DNA of 61,213 nucleotides, counting the filler, from Porpidia crustulata (Eukaryota): assembly GCA_964255105.1 (NCBI GenBank). It is 6 parts of 6 records of this genome, joined end to end, with 100 filler letters (N's around TTAATTAATTAA, not from the genome) between each part and the next. Parts side by side here need not be neighbours in the genome. Positions count along the whole stretch, not along the records: positions 1 to 10,154 come from CAXUWE010000824.1; positions 10,255 to 20,376 come from CAXUWE010000825.1; 4 more parts are not named here. One strand, written 5' to 3'. Shown here one piece after another: positions 1 through 14,340 of the stretch (the stretch's first letter is position 1; the number at the start of each line of letters is the position of its first letter). Below the pieces are notes generated by a model that had not been told where the DNA came from, did no database searches, and saw only the letters and a program-made list of their open reading frames with translations. A program made the position numbers and the translations under genes.

Positions 1-245
1 GGGGAATGGTACCATGGTGGTGCGTCAGGGTGGGGGACCTGCTTTGACTGAGAGAGTGGCTGTCACGCTGTCAATTGAGGTGACAGCATGTCGAGGAAAA
101 GTAGCAAACGTTGGGGGAGAGATGTTCCGTCCCGCCGCTAGCGCATTGCCGCAATTGAAGACACCTTTGGGGGAAACCTACACCGTGCTCATCAATCTTT
201 GTCGGTCTTTCATCATCCATAATTGCCCAGTGAACACTCTTCAAC

Positions 246-1033
246 ATGGCAAACCTCCAGCGCGGCGTCATTTCTTTGCTACTCATCCTGACTGCCGCCT
301 TCCTGTTCCTTGCCCAGACGTCTCAAGCCGCCAAGGGGCCCAAGATCACCCACAAGGTACGATCCCCTCATGACCCTGAATCTTTACATCGCTGATGCAG
401 GTTTTGTTAGGTTTATTTTGATATTACGCATGGCGATGAGCCGCTTGGAAGGATCGTCATGGGCCTGTATGGAAAGACCGTGCCCAAGACGGCTGAGAAC
501 TTCCGGGCTCTTGCTACTGGCGAGAAGGGCTTTGGATACGAGGGCTCGGCTTTCCATAGAGTCATCAAAGGGTTCATGATTCAGGGTGGTGACTTCACCA
601 ATGGTGATGGTGAGATATGATGTTTTGTACGTGGAAGCTTTGGAGCATGCTAACGATGGAGTAGGCACTGGTGGAAAGTCCATCTATGGGGCTAAATTCC
701 CGGATGAGAACTTCAAGTTGAAGCATACCAAGAATGGAATGTTGAGTATGGCAAACTCTGGGAAGGACACCAATGGATCCCAGTTCTTCATTACTACTGC
801 TATTACCGGGTTAGTTTATATTGCCCACAAAATTTTCGGAAGTCCTGACAAGTGAATACAGATGGTTAGATGGCAAACACGTCGTATTCGGAGAGGTCTT
901 GGAGGGCTACGACATCGTCGAGCAGATCGAGAACGTGGCCAAAGGGGCAGGAGACAAGCCCTCGAAGCCTGTCAAGGTTGCAAAGAGTGGAGAGTTGGAA
1001 GTACCAGAAGAAGGTACCCACGCGGAACTCTAG
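246..1033 (+). CDS. cypB: ER cyclophilin B (peptidyl-prolyl cis-trans isomerase), soluble HAEL-terminated isoform
   Basis: Signal peptide [28 protein letters not shown]. Spliced exons give [97 protein letters not shown] introns at about 357-410, 610-664 and 810-861. Ends HAEL*. Confidence 0.97.
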
Positions 1034-1106
1034 ATCAGCTTTCTCTACCTCTTGCATATCCGTCATGATGCTCTGGAATTGCTGATGATTCGGTCCATTT
1101 ACAAAG

Positions 1107-1333
1107 AAATCATCGGGTCGGCGCTCCCAGCAATCGACGGCGACGAGTTGGACGTAACATTGCCTCAGGCTCTCAAGCAGCCAGAACACGCGGAGGCTGA
1201 GATGACTCCATCGACCGAAAATCATGGGTTTAGCTTGATGCAAAAGTTGATCTTTTTTGGTGTTATTGGTGGAGCTGTTGCGTTCTTCATCAGGACTCGG
1301 AAAAACAGCGTGACGGAGAAGAGTTTGGCTTGA
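1107..1333 (+). CDS. Putative alternative terminal exon of cyclophilin B encoding an acidic linker, a transmembrane helix and a basic tail
   Basis: Donor GTACCC at 1014, branch-like GCTGAT at 1081-1086, acceptor AAG ending at 1106 (or CAG ending at 1130). Both joins are in frame with ...LIFFGVIGGAVAFFI-RTRKNSVTEKSLA*. Confidence 0.7.
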
Positions 1334-2002
1334 GAGCATGTATCATTTCTGATTCTTTCTCATGTCTACTCTTATCCTTCGTGCTGGCACGTCTTCTAGC
1401 TAAATCTATAAATTTGGAGATATCTGGAAACTTTGCCAGGGCTGAAGCAATTAACTCAGTTCAAATCTTCCGAGTGAAGTAATTCACCTCCGTAAATGCC
1501 ACCTGCTTAACCCGGAGAAATCTTGATAAGGCTGAGGCTTAGCGCGGCTTCGCTTGCTAAGCGTAGAATTCTCGTGATAATAATTTTGCCTCACGGAAAA
1601 CTTCTTAAACCATCATCACCTCACTGCCTCATCCTACCCTTGTCATATCTCCACACGCCCGGTCCTCTGATCTGTCTTCATAGAGTTCGACACGAATTTG
1701 ACGTTCCTTTTCTTTCTTTGCTTTATGAAAGCGAGATAGATCTGTTAGATCAACTTCTCCCAGTCCTATATCTTCCGTCGTCACTACAAGGTTCTGTCGT
1801 TCAATTAGATTCCTGCCAAAGCTCCCCAAATCCTCCAAGGTCTTATTAGGCGTCTTCAAGATAATGTAAGCGGTCACTTCCAGGCCTCTAGTCCTACAGC
1901 AGCATAAAAACAGCCTTATCAGTCGGGGCTAATTGATTTAATACATCCAGATCATCATACGCAAAATTTCCGACCATCTACACAGCCGACTCATATATCA
2001 AC

Positions 2003-4176
<2,174 letters not shown>

Positions 4177-5623
4177 AGACTGCGTAACTTTATCCACAGT
4201 ATTTCGATGAAGTTTCAAAAACCGAAAGCCTTTTACGCCTACCTACATACTTGGGATTTTCTTTTCTGGTACTGGAACACAACCACTCGACCCTGATTTA
4301 CACCTTGTTGCCAGGCTTCTTTCATTTTTCATTATTTTTCAGGTGCAAGTCACCGACTCCAATTACGCTTCTTCAACGGCCTATCGGGTAAAGCACCCTT
4401 AATCTTCTCGGACCTTATTCTGGCTATGGAAATTGTCTTGCATGCAATAAGACGGTTGCCCTTATCTTTCTGCATACCATAGATTACGTTGGCTTATACC
4501 CGGTCCCGCTGTTGGCCTCAAGGAATCCTGCACCGCCTAACTCTTTACACAATGAAGCCGTCTACCAAAGGGTTGAACGCGGGCACTACGGCCAATACGA
4601 GCGTTCGTCATATGCGCTTCTTGCTATGGCTATTGTGGCACAACATCCAGTCTCTGGCATCTCGGCAACACAGCGACCGCACGGCATCCTCATAGATTTC
4701 TGTCCATCTTCAAGCGATATCCAATGCGCTTTTCTTCGACTCGGTCAATTGTCACCAGAGCCATGCATTTTTAAAGCGATACCTCTAGCCTTTGATCATG
4801 ATGATCCTTCGAAAGTCCTTGATACATCTAGACGATGTCCTTCGAGCCCATGGAGGGCTAGGTGGTTTTTCACGACTTCATTAGCGATAGACGGCATCTG
4901 CGATTGGCGTTCATCACGGGCATACCCCATGTTGCTCGGGTTTGAGCGCGCAATCGTATTTGATGCTTGGAAACGACTGCCAGCTGTTGCTTCTAAGCAG
5001 CCGGCGACGTAGATGGTGGCTTATAGACAGCAGGCAGCATGTCGCTTCACCAGATAAATCATAGGATTTGATGATCTGGGGCTTGGGCATTACCCAAAAA
5101 AAGAGTAATTTCAGGTTTGATAGCTCAATTAGCAATACAAGACTTCCATTTTACCTCTACTTCGGGCTTGACGTATTCAGTGACTGTTGATCCATAACCA
5201 TAAAGGTGCCAAATTGAGGTTCAGCGTACAATAGATGGGTATGTGAGGCTCTGGGGCAAGGCGCTACTCTGTAATCGTCGGCGCTCGGGCCAAGGGTTCT
5301 CACGATGGCTTTATCTACGGTCCCGGCCAAGCAAATGATTCCGGCCCTGCTGAGCGCACGCAACATTATTACAAATAATGACTTTACAGATTTCCGCTTC
5401 TCTAAGTGGAGTAGCTTCACTCTCACGCTTTACCACATCTCTCATACCAGCACAGCCTCGTCGATCAATACATTATCACAGCTTTCAGCAAAGATGACGA
5501 CCTTGAGATAATGCCCATCCAGGTATGATCGCAACGGTCAAGTCCGTGCAGAGTCCGCAGATTCAAGAGCACGGCGCTTTGTTCAATATTCAGTCAACAA
5601 GCTCCTTGTTCCCCAATCCCAAA

Positions 5624-7961
5624 ATGGAGGTTGAATCTCGAGGAAGACGGCACGCTGCCTCCGCCTCTTCGCCCGTACGCACAGACGAGCCAGATCCTCG
5701 ACAGAGCCTGCAGCACGTGCTTGCTGCTGCAGAACCTATACCGAGAGTGCGTCGCTCAACAGACGCACAATCCCACACCAAAACTAGCCCTGCACCAAAG
5801 GGTGGGATGATTTGGATACAGGAAGGCGGAAAAGAGCAGGTCGAGGACGAACCCAGTGTACAGAATGACTCCTATACTCGAGCGGCTGAGGTCAACCCTT
5901 CGCATACTATGACAGTCGCCCACACTCGACGCAACGCTAATGGCACTATTGGCTCTGTATATTCGGGAAATAAGATCAGACATTTGAAGAAAGAGGATGG
6001 CATCCCGCTTTGGCGGAGAGACATACAGTTCGCATTCTTGCGCTGTGTCTTCGAGGATCAGACGCGTGTATTTACGATGGCTTCCGATGGCTCAACCGGT
6101 CATACATTTGTGGATATATATATCGACGCAATGGCGAGAAGCAGCAAGACGAGTAGGATACTCAAGGATAAGCTCATGACGGACCGAACGGCTGCTCTGA
6201 ACATGGCAATGGTTTGCTTGTTGGTTAACGTTGGCAGAATGAATACTACTTTGAACTGTGAGCAACAATTATTCCTGAGTAACACTGTCCCTCCGCTAAC
6301 TGTGCGCAGTCTTCCCTGAAATGCGTGCACAACTTCGGACTTATCACTCCATCCCCTCCCTTCAAGCTCACCAGGATCCCAACGCATACAAGCAGCTGCA
6401 AGATGCGCCTCGACTAAAGTCAATTCTCAAAGGAGCCTCTGAGGATATGCATCAGCCGAGCACAATCGAAAAAATCAAGTCGTTTCCGGTTCCTCGAACC
6501 AATCCCGTCAATCTCATCTTCGTTCTCTCACAATATGCCCCTAAAATTTCGGAAACCCACTTCTTTCCGCCGAGGGATTTCTTCGATTTGGTCATGCGGG
6601 GTACGTTGAGTAGCCGGAGTAGAGCAAAAGCCTTCCTCTGGCTCATCTGGTACTACTTGGAGAGTGATTTTTCCGGTGAAGCGGCAGAGAATAACCCTTT
6701 TGGCCGAGGCCAGCATGGAGATGGTACTGGTGGTCTTCCGTTGAAAATCCCTCCCTTCGAATATTTGACCGAGGAGCAGGCAAATGCAGAAAACATAGAT
6801 ACCGAATCAGAAAAAGTGTACGGAGAAATGAAAAGACAGGAAAGGAAACGCATCTTAGAAGAGGATGAAACCGTTGGACCACCCCCTAAAAGAGGGAAGA
6901 AAGGTATATAATCAAAGATTATAGCATGTATCCTGCATAACAATCAGACTAACCGACGGATAGGTCAGGTTGCCTCGATTGACGAGGGCGGGGTACTGCC
7001 ACTGTCAGACACAGATCGTACGCCATCGCCTTCACCAGTGACGTTCTTGCCTCCAAAGCCGATAGAAGAGATGTATGAAGACAGAGAGATAAGGATGAAC
7101 GGCCATGTTCATGATCTATCACCTGTCGTACGTCGTGATACTAGCCACTCTGTAGGCGATAGATATGCGCCATCAAATCCACAACGCATAGTCCTCAAAA
7201 CACGAATGGATCATACTCCTAATCTATCGCCTGCGGCACCACCAGGTGTCAGCCACCCTGTCCTCCATTCAGGTAATCCGAATGGCGCAAGTCAGCGACG
7301 CCCTCGCCCGGAAACATCCCACCAGAAAGCAGTTAACATCAACCGAAAGATGCGAATCGATCATATTTTACATCGCCAAATCTCAGAGGAGCACAGTTTA
7401 GCTCGCAGAAGGAAACGAATAGCAAGTATTTCTTTTGGGTTCACAGCAATGAAGCGTATCAGGGATCTACCAGAAAATTATGACAGCGAAGACGAGCTTA
7501 GCGAGCACCGGTGGGGTCCCGGTGGCTTACTACCGAACCCGAATGAGGTGGAGGACTTTGGCGCCGAAGCGCTAAGTCAAAAGAAATCAATCGACCGAGC
7601 CATCCGAAGACTTGCTCGGGATGGGGTCGCAGGGCCTCTTGGAGGGCTTATCAAGGGTTATCGCAGACGGAAAAGAAAAGCTAAAGGCTACGGGGAGGAT
7701 GAAGAGACGGGCGAATGTATGCCACGGAAACGCCTCAAGCAAAGCGACCAAGCAGGTGCCCACACAGACCGAAGCCGGGATGGCGAGAGGCCGGAAGAGG
7801 GTCTGGATGATCTGGATCTGGATTTGCTTGGGGAGAGCCGTGACGACGACCAAATGACGGACGAGGACAGCGGCATGGACGACAGTGAAGGAGAAGGAGA
7901 GGACATGAGTGAGGAAGACGTATCGATGCCGGACTACAACCGACTTCTTTCCGGGGCGTAG
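5624..7961 (+). CDS. IES1: INO80 complex subunit Ies1 (DUF1708 family)
   Basis: KIRHLKKEDGIPLWRRDIQF, LLVNVGRMNTTLNFFPEMRAQLRTYHSIPSLQ, KQLQDAPRLKSILK, SRAKAFLWLIWYYLE. Introns at about 6258-6310 and 6904-6963. Start codon uncertain (5511, 5525 or 5624). Confidence 0.88.
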
Positions 7962-8631
7962 TTCATTATTCATTTCCAACACAGCTATGGTCATGGCTAG
8001 GGTAGGGGGTTCGGCACGGAGATGAGCACATTCAATGTGTTCTCGGGACACCGGCTGTTCTGAAGGAGCAATTTTGGTTATCCAAATCTAACATTACAGG
8101 TTAGGGAGTGCTGAAGATTCTCGGGACTTGCGCATGTTGTACAAAATGGAAGTTCTGTACAGAGTCAATTTGTACAAAGATTCCTTGTAGAGACCACTTG
8201 TAGTTGTGTTCAGTAATCGCGATAGCATGGATACCTCCCCACCGTGCCCACATTTGGTGCCTACTCACTGATCTACTGTAGGCGGTGGTATAGAGGTAGG
8301 TATCTATCCAATCTAGTTAGTCATGCATTTTCACATGCCTCGAGTCCCAGCCATCTTCTCCCTTTCCCTGTCCCAACAGTCTTACATTGACCACTCAACC
8401 CTCAACTGCATACTGCCTGCTGCATTGTTCCGCTCTCCAAATCCCCATCAAAATTGATCTGTCTTATATTCTCCATTCTCTGTTCCTATGTAACCGTCTC
8501 TTCCGAACCGATTGTGATGTGAGCAAACAATACGGCTGACACAATATATATAATTCGGTTGAAAATCAGGTGCAAGAATCATACATGCTTCCTAATTTCA
8601 TCTGAAATTATCCTTCAACCCTGTTCTAGCA

Positions 8632-9840
8632 ATGACGAATACGCCTCCCTTACTCCACCCCGAACCGCGTCGTCCCTTCCAACTCACACCCACCTCGACC
8701 GAGTCTTCATCCCCACCAACGCCCTCGAGGAAGTCCAGCGATGTATTCCGCCCAGTACCAGAAGCCGATAGCGAGCAGCCTGCAAACAGGACAAGCTCTG
8801 TTCTCAACCTCACATCCTCGACCCTATACGGAATATACTCGCCCGTCAACAATGAGATTGGTCAAAGCCAGTCGTCGACACCATGGCGCACGCGGACCCC
8901 ATCCTTGCGGAACAATGCGGAGGACTTAAAGCCACCGATAATCGGTGCGTATGAACGACCGCGACCAAAATTGCAGAGATCACCATCGTCACATCACCCT
9001 CGCGTATATCGAGACTATGTGAGACCGCTTACACTACGAACCATACTTCTCTTCATCTTCGGCGTGGGGTATGGACTTGTAGTTACACAAATACATGATA
9101 CGCAGCAGGTGGCACCGATCAAGGTTGAAGGCATCGAAGGATACTCATGGCCGTACCTGACGACTTGGGGCGTTGCCGGTATCCTTCTAGGAAGCCTGCT
9201 CCCATGGGTTGATGTCCTTTGGGACGAGGCGCTCGGCACAGAGGAGGATGGAAAGGAACAGCCGAAAGACACCAGACCAGCCACCGAGGATGACGAACGA
9301 CCTACCTCTACCTTCGGAAGCGGCCTACGCACAGACTGGAATCCCGTCGTCCGCAGCATCGGCGCCTTCATCGGCATCGCCTTTGCCATCGTAAGCCCAC
9401 CCCTCTTTCCATCCAGTCCCATCAAATTCCATCCAACTAACCCAAATCACCCTCCACAGCGCAAACTCCCCTGGCAATCCACCCTCCAAGTCTCCCTCAC
9501 CCTCGCCCTCGTCAACCCCGTCCTCTGGTACCTGGTTGACCGGTCCAAACCCGTGTTCTTCATCTACGCCCTCGTCGGCATCGGCGGCACCGCCGTCCTC
9601 CTTGGCGTCAACCCGGACATGGTCCCTGCGCCCGCCGCGGTGCCGTCGCCGCACGCCACCGCCAGAGGTGCGAACACGTCACATGAGGGTGGGACGATGG
9701 GGTACGAAGGCCTGGGCTTCAGCAACGAGAGCATCGGGGTGGGGACGTGGATCGCGAGCGTCTTGTTCTGCAGCAGCGTGTGTTTTGGCAATATCGGGCG
9801 GAGGTTGGCCGTGGGGCCGAGGAAAGGGGGCGGGGCGTAG
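8632..9840 (+). CDS. INSIG-family (Nsg1/Nsg2-like) ER sterol-regulatory membrane protein
   Basis: SVLNLTSSTLYGIY, WNPVVRSIGAFIGIAFAI-RKLPWQSTLQ, W.ASVLFCSSVCFGNIGRRL. In-frame 69-nt intron 9391-9459. Confidence 0.9.
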   Translation: MTNTPPLLHPEPRRPFQLTPTSTESSSPPTPSRKSSDVFRPVPEADSEQPANRTSSVLNLTSSTLYGIYSPVNNEIGQSQSSTPWRTRTPSLRNNAEDLKPPIIGAYERPRPKLQRSPSSHHPRVYRDYVRPLTLRTILLFIFGVGYGLVVTQIHDTQQVAPIKVEGIEGYSWPYLTTWGVAGILLGSLLPWVDVLWDEALGTEEDGKEQPKDTRPATEDDERPTSTFGSGLRTDWNPVVRSIGAFIGIAFAIVSPPLFPSSPIKFHPTNPNHPPQRKLPWQSTLQVSLTLALVNPVLWYLVDRSKPVFFIYALVGIGGTAVLLGVNPDMVPAPAAVPSPHATARGANTSHEGGTMGYEGLGFSNESIGVGTWIASVLFCSSVCFGNIGRRLAVGPRKGGGA

Positions 9841-10154
9841 AATATTTTGGTTGGGATGGTGTTGGATTGTTCATCGCCGCTTTTTATGATTGGGTGTGGG
9901 GAAAAAGGTATCCAGGGTGTATCTAGGGTGCGAAGACAGAATTCCCCGTGTTCTTGACTAGCGTTCGCATATGGCGTGATGTGCATTCTGCAACTCTGCG
10001 GCGGACTCGGCAACGGCGAGGAGGACCTGGTCCCCACTCTCCGGCCCGACCTCGTCCCACCCGGCTGGCAAAATTATTAGTTGAGGAAATGAGACGATGA
10101 ATGCAGCGAGATGGAAATATGTCATTTCTTTCATTTATTAGTGTGATGTCACAC

Positions 10155-10254
10155 NNNNNNNNNNNNNNNNNNNNNNNNNNNNNNNNNNNNNNNNNNNNTT
10201 AATTAATTAANNNNNNNNNNNNNNNNNNNNNNNNNNNNNNNNNNNNNNNNNNNN
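10155..10254. other. Artificial contig linker
   Basis: N44-TTAATTAATTAA-N44, with stops in all six frames. Confidence 0.99.
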
Positions 10255-10722
10255 CCCCCAAACAAATACAAAAATACCCTTCAACTTTCACGAGGAAATA
10301 AATTCTCGTCGATTATTTACGAGAACGAGGGTTTGTGGATTCAATGCTCATTTGGGGATTTGGGGGGATTTGGGGTTTTGACAGCTGCACAAATCCACCT
10401 GGGAAAATTGGAAGAGTTTTTTAAAAAAAAGAAACAATCATCGAAGCACCGATCATGTTCATCCGACGCACTTTCAGTTTCATCAATCGATTCACTTTAT
10501 TTCACTGAAGATGGAACTACCCTACTAGGACATAATCTAGCACACAAGCGCCCCCCCCGTCATCTACCAGGGTATGATAAAGTGGCCGTACCTGCTACCC
10601 ATCTGCCACCTGCCATGCCAAATCCATCCATCCTCACATACCTACCTATCTCGCAAAGCTCTCAAAGTCTCTTTCCCCTCAGATATACCTCCGATATTAC
10701 AGCATACCAACCATCATCACCC

Positions 10723-13689
10723 TCACATCTCATCCCCCAAATCATCACTCACGCTACCATTGCCAGACTCACCCTTCTCATCAACCTCCTCAGCCTCTGA
10801 TTCTTCCACCTCAACCTCGGAGTCCGACTGCCCGGCATCGTCGGAGACGTCCCCTGTCTGCAGATCTGGCATTTCATCATCGGTATTGGACGAAGAGGCA
10901 ACTTTGCTCGAATTCCGAATCTCATACTCAATGTCTGCCTCGGTACGTTCGTGACCGGTCTCGTCCCTATCGACGTCTTCGTCATCGCTGGGTAAAACGA
11001 ACTCCGCGCTTTTAGGCTTGACACCATTGGCTGCCCCGGTTTTTTTCGGCTTATCTCGCCCCTTTTTCTCTTGTTTCCTCGTCGGCTTTTTCGAGCCGGG
11101 CTGCTGTCGTACGTCTTCGTCCCTTTCCGGATCCCACCTGTCGTCCAGGCGCTCGTAATCTTCGGCCATCATCCTCGTGAGCAGTCGGTTGACCACATCG
11201 TGGTAATCCATCCCCTCTGGCGTCCGTGCCTCGTTCTTCATCATCTCCCAGGCCGCTACCCTCTCGAGTTTCGACCACTTCGCCTGGAACTCGGCGTCAC
11301 CCAGATATTTCCAAGGGATTTCGCTCTCCTCGGCGGCATTACAATTCGAAAGGATCTGCAGTAGATCGTACTTGTCACCATGTTTCATGTTGGCTACCTT
11401 CCTCTTGGCTTTCCGAAGTCTCCAACCATCGTTGGAGAGAGACGACTTCTTCTGCGGAAGCCCTTCCTCCAAACGTCTCATAGCTTCCTCTCCTTCTTTA
11501 ACCAGTCGCATGTACTTTCTCCGGTCGGCGGATTTGAGCTTGGCATATTTATGGCTGCACTGTAATCTTGACCTCCCACCTCCGTTTTCGCCCATTCGAT
11601 CGCTCACAGCTTGCCAATTGATCAACTTCATCTCCTCGGCCTCTTCATCTGTATCCGGCTCAGAGACAGGTACATCCCTCCCATCATACTTCGTCTCCTT
11701 TTCTACCCTACGCATCTCCCTCATAGTCTGTATGCAATCGTGTACAGCAATCACGAGGTTCTTGGTCTCACCGTCCGTCCACTTGTCTACATTGCGATTA
11801 TCACCGATGATTAGATAGTTTCTCCACCTATCCCTACAATCTTCGGGCAGGCGCTCCACTATGTCGCCCACTGCCTTCCAAGCCTTTCCTTTCTCCGCGA
11901 CGGCTTGCTTGAGCATCTCATCTTCCTCTTTCGTCCATACGCCTCTGGCTGAGCAGTTGTGGTAGCGACGACGGCAGAAACGCCGTATTGCTGTGGCTTT
12001 TCGGTACGGTAGAACTTCATACATATGGTGATAAAGCCTATGGACCTGATTGTTTCCCCGAAGGTTTCCGTGGATCAACTCGTTATACTTTCGTGTACTC
12101 ATATCGTTTTCTTCGCAATATCTATCACGAAAGGTGTCAAGCTTGACAACCTCAGCCACCGTAAATATACCCCCCTTTTCGGTGATTTCTTGGAGTGATG
12201 GCTGGTGTTTACTTCTCCCACGCTCAAAATTCCCCGGAACCGTACCCAAAGAGTTTGACCGTTTCTTCGATTTCGACGCTGTTTCCTTATGATGAGATCT
12301 TTTACCTGTGCTAGGCGGGCCATTGCTATCCACACCTACCGACCTAGAAAATTCAAGTTCTGGTGATGGGCGTCTCTGCGAATCTTCGGAGTATGGAGAA
12401 TTGCGATCGCGTTGATTTCCGTTGGATGCGTAAGGGCTAGTGTAGGCTGGGCTACTACCGTTGGCTCCCGGATGTTTTGATGCTCTTGGTTGCTTAGGCT
12501 TTGATGATATTCTTTTCTGCCCTTTTTTTCCGTTTGTCTGTGGAGCAATCTCATTATCCGCGTCTGTCAATTTACCATGCACTGGCTGTTCAACCACACC
12601 GCTTTCTCTGATCAGCTGGGGATCGATAGGCATCGCATGGCCTGAATCACATTCAAGTGAATTAGCTAGTTGCATTTCATCTTCGACCATATACCGATCA
12701 AATGCCTCATAGTCATGATCAAAAATATGCTGACCTGTATCACTCTGAAGCCCTTGATGCTCATTTGAATGATCATGTAATGCAGAACCAGTAGCCTTCT
12801 GGCGCTTCCGTTTGTGTGCTTCAGTACGGATAGAGGAATCATTAGGTTCATAAGATAGCCGAGAGGTTTCATCCGAAGGCTCATAGTTCCCGTCCCTAAC
12901 AGGCTGAACAAGCTGGTCAATTAGCCTTTTGCGTTTTCGATTCCCAGCTTTCATGATATAGACAGACGAGGGTGATCCGTGACCTAAGTGCCGCGAATCA
13001 TCCGGTGATCCCATGACATGTTTTGTAGTAGCCCGATGCTTTGAATACTTATGCTCCGAATTATCGATCTGAGTAAGATGTCCGCTTGCTCCATTCTCAT
13101 ACTCCTGAAGATACGAAGCAACGGCCTCGTCATTGCTGTCAATATCATCAAGGCTTAAGCTGGATCCAGGAAGATCTGACGGGGATATGAAAGGATGCCT
13201 GTGTCCATCCCGTTTGTATTGAGCATCTGGTGACCGCTCAACTTCTGGATCTAATGCTTTGACGGGTAAAGAGTCCGAGGTATCCCGTCGATACTTTTTT
13301 TTCCTAGACGTTGTTCCGTGCCCGTGCTTCTCATGATCTCCCGAGTAGGTCATTGCCTCTAAGCTTTTGGATGGGCGCACTGGGGAGCTCTCTCCTATTA
13401 GCTGTGCTGACGCAGCAAGATCGTCGTCATTGGAGGATCGTCTTGCGTGTAGCACAGCGTTAGCTCTCAGCTGCATTAAGGCATGTGCAGTTCCTTCCTC
13501 ATCCGCCTCTTTTTCCAACACGTCCATGCTCGTTCCCTTTTCAGCCCTTTTCCCACGCTTCTTGCTCTTGGATTTGCGCAGTGGTGTGTCCGTTTCTTTG
13601 ATAGGCTCCAATGGGGTCGCTGGACCCAACTGTGACGATGTCTGGCCCATTTCAGGTTCTTGTCGCCGAGAAACACGCGCTTTGGCCAT
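10723..13689 (-). CDS. Myb-domain DNA-binding protein, Reb1/Nsi1/TTF1-like
   Basis: 988-aa ORF with RGVWTKEEDEMLKQAVAEKGKAWKAVGDIVERLPEDCRDRWRNYL and a second interrupted Myb repeat (WTDGE...INWQAVSDRMG...RSRLQC). Confidence 0.85.
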   Translation of the reverse strand: MAKARVSRRQEPEMGQTSSQLGPATPLEPIKETDTPLRKSKSKKRGKRAEKGTSMDVLEKEADEEGTAHALMQLRANAVLHARRSSNDDDLAASAQLIGESSPVRPSKSLEAMTYSGDHEKHGHGTTSRKKKYRRDTSDSLPVKALDPEVERSPDAQYKRDGHRHPFISPSDLPGSSLSLDDIDSNDEAVASYLQEYENGASGHLTQIDNSEHKYSKHRATTKHVMGSPDDSRHLGHGSPSSVYIMKAGNRKRKRLIDQLVQPVRDGNYEPSDETSRLSYEPNDSSIRTEAHKRKRQKATGSALHDHSNEHQGLQSDTGQHIFDHDYEAFDRYMVEDEMQLANSLECDSGHAMPIDPQLIRESGVVEQPVHGKLTDADNEIAPQTNGKKGQKRISSKPKQPRASKHPGANGSSPAYTSPYASNGNQRDRNSPYSEDSQRRPSPELEFSRSVGVDSNGPPSTGKRSHHKETASKSKKRSNSLGTVPGNFERGRSKHQPSLQEITEKGGIFTVAEVVKLDTFRDRYCEENDMSTRKYNELIHGNLRGNNQVHRLYHHMYEVLPYRKATAIRRFCRRRYHNCSARGVWTKEEDEMLKQAVAEKGKAWKAVGDIVERLPEDCRDRWRNYLIIGDNRNVDKWTDGETKNLVIAVHDCIQTMREMRRVEKETKYDGRDVPVSEPDTDEEAEEMKLINWQAVSDRMGENGGGRSRLQCSHKYAKLKSADRRKYMRLVKEGEEAMRRLEEGLPQKKSSLSNDGWRLRKAKRKVANMKHGDKYDLLQILSNCNAAEESEIPWKYLGDAEFQAKWSKLERVAAWEMMKNEARTPEGMDYHDVVNRLLTRMMAEDYERLDDRWDPERDEDVRQQPGSKKPTRKQEKKGRDKPKKTGAANGVKPKSAEFVLPSDDEDVDRDETGHERTEADIEYEIRNSSKVASSSNTDDEMPDLQTGDVSDDAGQSDSEVEVEESEAEEVDEKGESGNGSVSDDLGDEM

Positions 13690-14311
13690 CGCAATCCTTG
13701 ATTATGTGTAAAGTGATGAATGCCGGGTAAGTGAAATTCAGAGCTGTCATTTGGCTTCACCGGCGGGATTAGCGAGGCGCTAACGGTGATCGCGCTAGTG
13801 TAACCAGCACTGAGTGGCTTTAGTGGCCATGAAAGAAACCGCAACGAAGATATTTAATTTGCTCAACTATCCAAAGCTACAATCACGTCTATCATACGGC
13901 CGACCTTCCTCAACTTCCCAGTGGATCCCCGGCCCATATCTATCGGCAGCTTCATATTCCTCCAGAACCCCTTGACCACTGTTGCCCAGATAAGCCTCAT
14001 GGTATCGCCGTTTTCTTCCCCAATTAATCCAATTTCGCTCTTGATATCCTCCCTGTGAGCTGGAAAATTCAAAAAGAAGTGACCACAGTCCTCTACAGTG
14101 AAACCACGTAGATCATTCGTGTCAATGCTGGCGAACCCCGAAATAATCGGCAATCCAGAAACCTCAATTCAATCAATCATGTCGCTACTTTTGGGTATTT
14201 GCGAAGATGTCAGCTGAATTTCAAACTTAAGTTGTGATTTGGTGAGTGCATCCTGACGATAGGTCGGGAAACAAATATTTCATATTCCTCCGATTGATCG
14301 TTCCACAGCGA

Positions 14312-14340
14312 AATGCCGATGTGCCCGGCACATCGGCATT
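14312..14340. repeat. Inverted repeat with perfect 14-bp arms and a 1-nt spacer
   Basis: AATGCCGATGTGCC-C-GGCACATCGGCATT. Confidence 0.9.

Noticed and set aside
10199..10210. TTAATTAATTAA repeated five times as a biological repeat
   Set aside because: Synthetic six-frame stop linker embedded in Ns.
13863..14153. Alpha/beta-hydrolase remnant (VEDCGHF)
   Set aside because: Only one short motif; too little to call.
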